Below, one piece after another: positions 25,901-37,900 of a stretch of 64,000 nucleotides of DNA. This DNA comes from Phoronis australis (Eukaryota > Animalia > Phoronida), in assembly GCA_002633005.1 (NCBI GenBank), contig NMRA01000107.1, positions 787,169-851,168 of the forward strand, written 5' to 3'. Both the position numbers and the translations under genes were made by a program. Each line of letters opens with the position of its first letter. Position 1 is the stretch's first letter. The notes under the pieces are model-generated. The model was given only the letters and a program-made list of their open reading frames with translations, ran no database searches and was not told where the DNA came from.

Positions 25901-28900
25901 AGACCTAAGTCAATAACAAGTGGGCTTACATGTACGGAATTATTTTATAAGAAAATTAACTGATGTTGGTATTAAAGGATTAATTTAGAAAAAAATGGTA
26001 TGGGTGAATTAACCCAACGGCATCAACTAAATCTATCGGCCAATTAGAAGGACCTGTGGGCCATGCTATTTTTTTATAAATTTCCACTTCAAATTTTAAT
26101 GGGCTCGTTGGACCCAGATAAGCAATGACAGTGAGTTAATGAATTGTTTGCGGAAATGACACGGGGCACGCTCCTCAATTTATCCTAGTCATGAAGAATC
26201 AGTGTCATTAATTAATATACATTTGTTGTTGGTTCATATTGCTGTGGACTAGTCAACAACCAAGTGATTACCTTTAGGGACGCATTTTCCGTTCTTGCAC
26301 CACATATCCTTTCCACAGTCTGTACCTGTAGCGGCGAATGTGTATCTAGTCTCGCAACCACCTCCACTGGTCTTGCACCATAGTGCGACACACTTATTGT
26401 ATCCCTTTTTATCGTAAACCCACTGTAAAATGCAACGTTCACATGTCGGTTCTGCAAAATGTACGCCTTTGATGATCCCCTGAGTTCAGCAGCTTGGTAT
26501 TAACAGTGTTGTGCACTGTTTTGATATCGTATGGACGAGATACTGCACACCTTGAGGAGATATTTGGAAGCTGAGAGGAAGTTTGAGTGATCTCACCAAA
26601 TTCAGAAGACGTGGGGTCAATATTTTTTACACGGAGAGTTTGAAAGAACATTTCAAATTTTTCTGATTAAATCCTGTACAACGGATTCGTGGAATAAACA
26701 GATTCAAATTAGTTATGGCCATTATGATAACACTTGCAGCCGATTTCATAAATCTGGTTTAACAAAACCAGGTTTAAGACTTAAACCTGGTCATCCTAAA
26801 CCTGGTCTACCATGGTTTATAAGTCTGAAAACCTGGCGTACGTTCAGTAAGGATAGGATCTACGCTAGGACCTACATGTAGCTAAAATCTAGTTAGAGTC
26901 ACGTGTTCTAATTCAAAATACACGACAAGGTCTCACGTAATGTTCCGAAGTCTTGCGTCTTAGCGAGGTCCTAGCGCTGCTGAACGGGAGGCTGGTTTTG
27001 TTAGACCATATAGCGGGTTTAGTAAAACCAGGTTTAAAGTATCCAAGTCACCTTACTGTGTTAACCCGGATTAACCCAACAAAAACTATTGAAGTGCTTC
27101 AATGAAACCTTGATCACGTGGGTACACACGGGCACACAGTAGTAGAATCAGTGCAGACATTTGCGAAAAAGGGCTAAAAGCTTTTCTCACGAGGAAAAAT
27201 GCTCCCTCCTATAAGTGATCAGAGAAAAAGCCAATGTCATAGTCGAGAACAAGAAAATTGGTCCAAATCAAGTCATCATAAGCAGCAGGCTTGTGAGATA
27301 TGGCTCCAGAATAAAGGCCAGAAAGAAAATTTCATCAGTGCAAAATTGTGCCGAGAACAATGGCGAGGGACCCAATGGCAGATCTAAGATATGAGTGGAT
27401 ATTTTTAATATTGTATGGTACAACACACGCACGCACATTATAGTACTTGCTCACTAGTAACCGCATCATAGTAAAAGTAAATGCAGATTTATTTCCCAGT
27501 CATTTTACTTTTTTGCGGTCAAAGGGGGGGGGGGAGGCACAGGAGCGGATCCAGGATTTTGAATTTTTTTTTGGGGGGGACAGGGCAGAGTATTAACCAG
27601 GAATTTACCCGTCAGACATTCGCACCCGGAAACTGCCAAATGCAATCTGGGATAATTTTAGGGGGGGGATGCATGACCCCCACTAAATCCGCCACAAGGG
27701 CAGGACCCCTCCCCGGCAACCTTAAATCGTGGACCAATTGAGATTGAACTAGGTCAGATTAATCATTAGATGCCTTTTTAGTCATACGCCTAGTGCTTGA
27801 GACGATGACGCTTTGCCCGAACAGTCATATTCCGAGGAATCCAAAGGATACCCTTCAGTACCTACTGGTCTACAAGTACCTATACTTGGGCGGATCCAGG
27901 GTTTCAGGGAGTCCCGACCCCCATTTCCTTTATTTTAGTGATATCGAATCTATAATTTTCAAATTGTTGGCGCAGACTATCCTTTTAAAAGTTCTTGATC
28001 CGACCCCTCCCCACTAAAAATTCTTGGTCTCCCCTGTTACGTTTGATCTTGTGTAGTCCTGAAACTGAATATATACAGTCCGTTCCCCCTCTAAAACTGC
28101 GTCGTAAATGCAAACCACAGCATCATCCAGTTGCACCTATATCGTGCAAGTTTGCCATATTTAATAATATCAAACCTGGGTTTGACCAAGTCTAAAGTTA
28201 AATCTGGTTTAAGATCTTAATACAGGTCTAAGTAATGTACACTGTATACCTCGTTGGTGAAATGAAAAGGTAGACCAGGGCCCGGTCTCCAATCTTTTTA
28301 CTCGAAATGGAACTCGAAATTAGGTTTGGCATTTTCTACTCTACTTTTGGACGAAATCAAGATAAGTGTCTATTACTCTATGCTCTAGTACACAATAACT
28401 TACTTAGATAATTTATTGCCCTTAGTTCACAGTTTGTAAACCCAATATTAAAGCAATAAGTTCGAGTTTGAACTCGAAATTTCGAGTTTTTACTCGAGTT
28501 TGTAGCACGAATATAAGGATCTTCAAGGGCAAACTTGAACTAGAAACTCCTATGCATAAATTATAATGTATTCGAGCACAGTCTGATAACCAATTATCTT
28601 AAGTTTGCACAAAAGGAGGCAGAGAAATTGCCAAAAATAGTTTCGAGTTCGTTTCGAGTACAAAGATTAAACTAAACTGGGGTTAAACCAGGTTTTATTA
28701 GACCACTGCTCTAGAAGTTAATTTAAAATCACCTTTATGAAATACAGATTATCTTTAAACCTGGTCTAGCTCCAGGTTTAACCAGGTTTAACTTTAAACC
28801 ACCTTTATGAAATCGACTGTTGGTGAACAGGAAAATGTCTGGCAACAGCTGTCTCCGTCCACCCTGATTCTATCAAACCAAGTTCACGTGCTCTTTCCAA

Positions 28901-31900
28901 ATTTGTCAACTTTGCCATCACAGTGCTGTCAAGCAAGACTTGAGGCAAACGGACACCGCTTTCATAAAAGTGGTTTAAACCTGGTCAAATTTTAGACATA
29001 ACTTGCATTTCACTGACATGGTTAAAAGTTTGCAAGCCTGCCTCCCGTTCAGTAACGCTAGGACCTCGCTAAAAGGCAAGACTTCGCGAGATTACGTGAG
29101 ATATTGCCGTGCATTTTGAATGAGAACACGTGACTTTGACTGGCTTTTAGCTAGGTCCTAGCGTCTACTGAACGCACGCCTGGTTTTGTTAGACGAGGGG
29201 GCTTGTTTAGCAAAACCAGGTTTAAAGTATCCAAGGCACCCTACTGTGTCGATCTGTATTAGACCAACAAAGAAACAATTGAAACGCTTCAATGAAACCT
29301 TGATGATGTGGGTATATATGGCACACAGTACCAGAATCAGTGCAGACGTTTGAAAAATGGTCTAAGAAGCTTTTCTCATGAGGAATAATGTTCCCTTCTA
29401 GAACTGGTCGGAGAAAAGTTAATGTTACAGAGAACAATGAAATTGGCGCCAAAAAGTCAACGTACAGTAATTACCAGACTTGGAGAGCTATTGGTCCAGG
29501 CAGGCTGCACAGTAGCGCAATCGGAAAAATGCAGCGACAAATAACTAAGGGACATTTGGAACACTACAAAATAAAGGCCACAGAGAAAACTTCAGCAGAG
29601 AAAAAATTGGAAAGGAAAACGGTAAGGGACTCAACGGCGGATCTAGGATTTGGGAAGCCGTCCAAACCGTACAACGTTTTCTTGTGTACCAGAAAGTACG
29701 TTCATAAAATGAGTCATACTCTGTGTGTCTGTGTGTGTGTGCGTGCGTGCATGTGTGTGTGTGTGTGTGCGTGCAGAAACTTAGGCAACAAGTAATTTCC
29801 AGTTTTAAAGGTTTAATACGTAGGAATAGGCAGGGTAGTGGTTTGAAGAAATTTAGGCGGATGGTTAATGTGGTTCGCAGTTTGCGTTTTATGCGGTAAG
29901 TAGGAAATGTCCCTAACCATGTTTTGTGTTGTATATCGCAATATTCTGATTACGTCAGGTGATTTCCTAGCCTCGCATTACCCCTCATAGCTGAAAAGTA
30001 TTTGCGCATGCGGGGACACCACTCATACATGTAGGGCTAGCCAAACTGAAGAATGACACTAGTGAAGTCTACGCATGCGCTGATAATATTTTCCTCCGAG
30101 GGAAAATTATGGAGTAATCGTCGAATTAACGACGACATACCTTTAAGTGTAGATACATGTATACGTGAATGCAGGCAGAAATCAGTATCATCATAATTAC
30201 CGTTACGAAAGCTTACGGGCAGATACGAAAGCTACGGAGTTGATTTGCTCTATGTCTGAGGCAGTGTTTAAATATAGGTGAACCTTACCTGTCCACATTC
30301 ACCGCTGTCTTCCCCATACATCTGTTGACACTGAACATCCGCAGAGTAGATCTGACCAGGTAGCTTGGCCATATGCTTAGCCCACAACGCAGGGTCGCCG
30401 TGGGTAGCCTGGTCCTTCACGCATTGGCGATCACTGAAAAGAAACGTGCTCTAAACGACTAAGATGTGGTGTTTTCGGTTTCACACAGTGATTCTGGTAG
30501 TATGGATGTATGTTTTATTCTAACTACACAGTACAAATGAGGAAGACGACAATGAGTAGAATTTGAGAGGGAGTTGCCGAGAGTGCGGGAAACGGCTCTA
30601 AATAAATACCGCCATTTGATCGACTAGCGCCCCGGTGTGCACGTATATTCTAAATGTCGTGTGGAGTCTGGTGTTGATCATCAGCGCTAGTAATTTAGAG
30701 TAATCTGCCGTGTTCTTGTACCAAATCCCTGTCCATAAAAAATCTAAAAATGATCAGTCAAAATGTCTGCGAATTGAAGACGAAACAAGAAAATCCCAGT
30801 TCTTATACTTTGATGTAATACCTGTACGTATGTACTTGTTCAATAATATTATTATGCACACGCAATGACAACAGGTTATTTCTGACTGACTCAAGTTTGA
30901 TATGTGAGAAACGATTTTAGTAGAAACCGCGCTGCACGCAAACACGATACAACACTACCTCATGAAAACAAATAACAATTCTTTTAATTAAACTACAAAT
31001 GGGTATTTTTATTTTTTATTTTGGCGTCCTCAGTTCCAGGTTGACTACCTATGATTTTTACTATGGCTTTAATTGAAGAAGTTGACGTTCGAGCCCTGGA
31101 CTTCCAAAACTAGCCATGTTCCTCGGACAGCATCCGTACGAGGCAGTCACAAGTTACACTTACCAGGAAGAGCCGAGGATAACGGCTTGACTAACAGAGG
31201 TTACTTGTTGCCGAGGTCCGCAAAGGCTACATCAGAAACTGCATAGATGTCTCCTAACTTATTTCCTTTTATTATTCCATATCCACGTTCTTTCAAACGG
31301 AGGTGAACCCCAGTTCAAGAAACCACGCGGTGAGACTGACAACCCGTGATGTTTCAGGGTCAATTCATTGTTCACGCGCGAGAAGCTGACTAAGTTTTTA
31401 CATATATTTTTCAACTTTTAATGTTACAACTTAAAACAGTGCATAATAGATTCTAACTTGGACGTTTGTTGCGAAAGCTAAATACAATTTACAAATGTTA
31501 AGTTTAATTTAAAATTATTGACGAAAGGAAAATGTGTTTACTTTACATTGCGCAAGCGTGTTTTTCATAAGTTGCGTAATGTAGTAGAATGTTTTAGACA
31601 CGACGAGTTTTTCGACAAAAAGATTGTTCGTGCGGTCCATGTGAGAAAACAAATCCTACACTCATCTCAGGTTTATGAGATGGGCAAAACTTCATGGAAA
31701 TTTCGTCAAAATTGTAGGCAAGTCTCGGGTTTTTGACGAAATTTCCAAAAGGTTTTGCCCACGTCATAAACCTGAGACAAGTGTAGGATTCTCTATATCT
31801 CTTACCTTTAAATATATAAAAACATATTTGCTATAGTCAAGAAGTTTGGTAAAAATAAATGAGTCAAATTCGTTGATTCAGATCAGCGATTAACAAGAAT

Positions 31901-34900
31901 ATAGTGAAAAAGCTCTTGGTAAGAGGCGTTCTGGTTATAACAGCAACAATGTGGTGGTTCACCATTCTACCCAAGCATATCGCGACACGTACACTATACA
32001 TTGTGCCAAACGTTTTGTCACTGATCACACTCACATTCTCGCTTTTCTTGAAGTTTTCAGGATAGAGCTTTTACTCGGACGTTTTGCACCAATAGGTGTG
32101 AAACGGAGGCAACGGAAGGTTTAAGTGACACTTTACCTCAATGTTTTCTTAAACTCGTTGACAGAGCACGACGAGAAGTAAAACACATTCCCTAGGTTAC
32201 TACTTCCTCCATCCGGGTCCATGATATGGTTGGCTTCCTTGCATCCATTGTCACCGTCATGATCGGCGCCCAGACTAAGAAAAAAATACCACGTTTTGAG
32301 AGGCGACGAGGAGACCATAAAAGAGCTTTGAATTGTGGAATGCCATGAAAGGAGTACATGTATAGCCACACTACATCCCGGGGTACTCGCCTATATTTTG
32401 ACTTGGGTGTGGCTGGAAAACAGGGGTAGGCTACTCAATCTCCATGAGATTGGTAAGGTTTGAAGGGATCAACCGTCCCTGAAAAAGTTGCCCTTCCCAA
32501 GGTCTTTGTTCTAGAAACACCACCATATTGCAGGAATTAATTCCAAAAGCCCAATCCTTTCCAAGGGGAGATAACTGTAACATGCTGTTTAACGCAACTA
32601 CATGATTTGCAACCAAAGTTTTAAATATATAGAAAATATCAAAATCCAACCCTTCTGGGACTTGTGTAGTCGGAACTAACAGAAACATATCCCCCGAATT
32701 AACCGAGACGAATGTCTTACCATCCTTCCCCCGAGATGTATTGGCCATTTCTCCACGTCTTTCTAGATAATGCGTAATACCAATAAGAAATGACTCTTAC
32801 TGATAAACAAGGAAGAGTCCGCTTTCTTGTTGTCTTATTCATGGCCTAGGTTAACTGGAGTTGTTTAGGAACAACTAGCAGTGGGTCGACGAAATACTTG
32901 GGAGAATCAATCAGCCATCAATCCCGATCAGAAGGAGCCAGGCGTTGATTGTTTCAACACGTTTTCAGAAGTGATGTGATATCCAATTTACACGTTTCGG
33001 ACCTTCCAAAGTGAACACCTTCACGGGAAATTTCGCTTTGAAATGACATTTTTCGACTGCAAACTGGTAGTGAAAAAGTCGCCCTTCTGCGCGGCACGAC
33101 TCGTTTAACGCCTTTACATAATCCACGTTTTGTCACTGAACTACACGGTTCGATACTTACTTGTGACCAAGTTCGTGCGCCGCGATAGCGATGCACCCGA
33201 AACCTCCGTGGGACTCCGTGATTGAAATGGAACGACTTGCCGAACAAATATCTGCCATAGGGGCGAACCCTGTTAAACATTAATTAAAAGAGATGACATT
33301 TCGAATAGATTATCCGTGGGATAAGAATACGTACACCACAATATTAGCAGATACAACCGTGTAACAACTCAAGGGAAACCGAGGCCACTTTCGAACCCGG
33401 GCCTCAAGAGTTTCGAGTCGCCGACTTTACCACTACACCACTCAGCGGCGGACGACATCGAACGTGAAAATAGAATACTTAAATGAGCACGCGCAACAAT
33501 CGCATGTTCAGCAAAGGCAACGTACCGACATTTATACGATTTGAAAAATAATAATTTCCACAAAAATGTATCTTAATTCAGTGAATTGTTTCTCTCGTGT
33601 TCTCTCACTTGTAAATCACCGATCTCCAATTTGAATGCGGGCGTGCGTTCAGTAGACGCTAGGACCCACGCTAGGACCTAGCTAAAACCTAGTCAAAGTC
33701 ACGTGTTCTCGTTTAAAATGCACGGCAATATCTCACGTAATCTCGCGAAGTCTTGCTTTTTAGCGAGGTCCTAGCGTTACTGAACGGGAGGCGGGTATCG
33801 TGTCGTCGGGATCCTTTGACTTGAGCATTATACTCAGTTACTATTAGTAATCTACTTTAGCAGACGATATTTTCCCGGTCCAAGCTTAGAGTGATTAAAC
33901 GTGTAGTAAGCTATAATAGTTGGTAAACCTTAATTTATAGATTCAATTTATAGCTCGGGTTTTCTTAAAAGGTCACGACCTTCGACTCCGGGCCTCTGAC
34001 ATAGAAAGTAGTTACAAAACCGAGGCGAGTCGAGAAAGGTAAATCGATTCATTGCAGTATTTCTCGTTCAGTATGTGGCGATAAATCTCCAAAATCCACT
34101 CGGGCTCTAGATAACGGGGGATAACGACTTCGCCATGTAATAATCTATATGTATCAGGCGTTTGACGAACGTTCATATACATTCTCTTCAGACAGGATGT
34201 GAACGATTATTGTTATGTAATACCTTAGAAAATATGTCCAAATTAGGCGAATTTCTGGATAATCGTATCTCAAAAATGACACAACAGAATTTTCAGACCA
34301 ATTTGTTATGTGTGCTGTTCTAAAACAAATTAGGAACTATGGATATATGAATTGTTTTTTGAATGTTCCACAGTTTGGCGGTATGATGGTATATCTAAAA
34401 TAGGGCAGTTATGATTTTTTATAAGTTGGTCCAACTTACTTCAAGCACTTACAACACTAAAAAACAACATGTCTACTTTGTAAGCGAAAGATTGCAGAAA
34501 TAATGTAACGAAAAATTGAAACAGAAGTTAGAGGGAGAACTCAGCATCATTACAATAAGAAAATCTAGTTAGAAAATTAGTGGAATGAACTGACACGCAA
34601 CAGATCACGTACGAAGGCCTATCTGAAGGTCACAATGGAATGTTTGTGGTTGTGGCTAAAATTTAAAAGATCTTAGGCTCTTCGTGCAAGCATTTGCGAA
34701 GGATTTTTACAGCTTGTTGGAGAATCTTAAAACGATAACGTAAGAGTGATTTTGGAAAGAAATGGAACAATATTACCAGCACTCGCAGTTAGTATTCATT
34801 GTAAGAAATGTAACGCATTGATAGCCTTTAAGTAGCTTTACATTTCCATGTGCTTTGATTGTTTAGGAAAAAAGTGAGACCGCCAGTGTCTTGTTTTGAA

Positions 34901-37900
34901 GGAAACCGGCAAATTTTCCACCTGCCAATACATGTAGGTGCAAACACTTATTAACACATTGCCACCAAGTACAGAATGGTGCTTGTTACACCAATACACG
35001 TGTGGTCCCTATGACGATCTCGGAAACAACAAATGAGTGAGAACCTGCTAAAAGTAGCCCAAGCCATTCACTTGAGGCACAGAGCGCCACAGTTGTCGTT
35101 CTTGTCGTCACCAGAGGTTTCACTTTGCCGTTATACGCTATTTATCTATAGCTACTATGGCCATTGTGCTATTATATCTGGTCAATTAGACTCGTATAAA
35201 ATATTAATTTTAGTTTAAATGACATTGCAGGTAAGACATAAGAAAAGTTATTGCAGATTGGTTTATTGATAGGATTATAATTAAAGACAATACCTGCAAC
35301 GCTTTTACTCCCTTTATCGGTGAATTCGAGGCTAGAACAAAAATGGCAAAGATGACTCGGATTATAAACCAATCTCAGTTAATACTTTTATTTACCCAGA
35401 AATGATTAGTGAACAAGGTTGGGTTGGGTGGCCCCAGCTACATATCCTTACAACATAAATAAGAATGCATAATACGGAACAAATAAACATTCCGAAAAGA
35501 ACTCATAGTGATTGGGCATTCAAAATAACATGAAATTATTATGAAAGAATGGTAAAAGAATGGGGAACGGGAAAACTGGATGTATATTTATTTTAAAACA
35601 AAAATTTCGTGATAATTAGCTCACTTCGAAAACGAAAAGGCGTGGTCATGCTTCGGAAGTTCTGAACGATGTTTCGTCATATAGCTTTGTAGTCCTTCCA
35701 AGGCTGGTTTTACATCAATATATTCGAACCCAGTCGAGGTGGATTGTTTGTTTTTTTCATACCAGGGCGACCCAGCCGGAGACTGAAATGTAACACATGA
35801 TTCAGATCCGAAAATTAACGCACCACAAGCCTGTAAAGTAAGCACCATGTATGTAGGTCTTTGATGAAAACCAGTAGGTCCTGTTATTGAGCAATTGCCG
35901 ATTATAGTTATGAAGAGGAATGGTTGTACTGTATGAACAAACTAAAATGTGCAGAACCGGCATTATACATGTAGGTGACACGCAAGGACGCATTTGGAAC
36001 ACCTCGGGTGTATCTTCAAATTTCACCTCAGAGATCAACATTATCTGGGCATGTGAGAACTTCCATAATATGACCTGTAATTCTGCAGTTTAAAAGTCCC
36101 ATGTTTTTCCTCATAACTGAAGTCCGCATATGCGTAGACAACGTTCACTTCTCTTCCGAGGGGAAATTTGAGGCTACAAAATCCCTAGGTGTTCGGAGGG
36201 ACTAGGGAGAACTGATTATTATTATTAATACATAGCTGTCAAATTGAGACTTATACCGATGATTGTCGAAGCTATTAATAAATAAACCCAGGCGCAAAAC
36301 ACCTGTATACCGCCTTAATCAAAAGAGGACAACGGAAAATGACAGTGTTTTATGGGACACAGTGTTACGTCCATTATTCGTTTTTTCCGAATATTCCGAA
36401 TACCAGATGAACCCATAAAACTGGCAAAGTGTTCCAATCGACTTCTGAAGACACACTGGGCACAATCACGGAAATTACCATTAAAAAAAGTCTAGAGTTA
36501 GAGGAATGCTAAACTCCAATTTCATTTCAGCTTCACTCGATACTCGAAAATGGCCAGGTTAATAGCGAAGGAATTGTACAGTTAGTTTCGCATGGTAAAT
36601 GATGCAGTACGCAGCTCAAATGGCATTGATGAACTTGCGAGGACCAATACGACTGGCGTTTTGATTGTTTTGCTTTGTTACGTCTTTGTTGGATATAACA
36701 ATGCGTCGCATGGATATCGCACCTTGAGCGTACATCACACGGTTACCGATAAATGCTTGTCATTATCTGTATTATACCAACGCAGCAAAGGAGACGATAA
36801 TCTACCGATATCTATTCGACCAGCTTGCGACCTGGTTCCGCTTTACAAGATTTCTGATCTTCAACTGGTAGGACGGAATAAGCCGTAACATTCACAAACG
36901 TGCAAAGTTGTTACCCTTGAGTAGCAAAAGGGAAATTGAGCTTCAGTTGGTCAATAACATGTGACTTCTTAGACACTTACCTCGGCTATGACATACCCAG
37001 CCAACGTCAAAAAAATGTTGATGTTATTATCTTGTATGTTTTGATACAACAGGTCAACCTGAAATTGACGAGAACATACCTTCCTCAACGTTAAGAACAC
37101 AGCGATTGAGAAATAACAAACACTGCAGGTGCAGTGCGGATAATTCAAAGAACTGAGTCCAACACACGTTGGCTGTTTCTGCGCAAAGATCACTAAACCG
37201 AATATTTCTGAATAGTTTGTTTAAAAGAATAATGCAGCGCTTTAAAATGTGGATTTAGATCGGCGGGTCAAAACAACCTAATTTAAAACACCATTATAAT
37301 AGAATGAAACGGGGTTTTAAGTTAAAACAACGCATAGGATTTCCATTCGGAAGAGAAAAGCAAGAAGTCTTAACTGGCCATATTTCAAATCAAAACATTC
37401 GATACTGGCGTGTGGAACGGAATTTCTCTAGGTTATAGTCAAATTGATTGAAACAGCGTGCAAACCACTTTTAGAACTTATCCCGATTCCAGTGTGTAAA
37501 CGGGACTGACACAGAGCAAATTGACACCGCGGTGACAGCTTTTGCCACCCGTTTGTGACGTGGGGCAGTTTGCGCTCAAGCATCTCGCTCCGTGTCAATT
37601 ATGTGTCTAAACGCGAAACTGGGGCAAGGCGGAAAGTATGGTCTCTACTGCGATTGTGCAATGACCTACATACGGGCTCTTTGTCTCTGCAACTCCGGTA
37701 TTTGAAAATCTGCGCATGTGCATTCCACTCTACAGCGAACAACTCCCGTCTTGCCACACTTAATGAAATTGCGTGTGTAAACCGCCACCTGACACCGATC
37801 AAGTTGCTCCGTGTCAGTTGCGCTGGATCAGTAGTTGATGTCTAAACGGGATTTTGGTGACTAGTTACCGACCGTCCGCCTAATTAACCGACTGCGACCA

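Larger units (their letters stand above)
26737..28819. mobile_element. Non-autonomous TIR DNA transposon, PIF/Harbinger-like, with nested insertions
   Basis: TIRs CAGCCGATTTCATAAA / TTTATGAAATCGACTG, 3-bp TSD TTG (26734-36, 28820-22), many subterminal AAACCWGGTTT palindromes. Confidence 0.8.
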
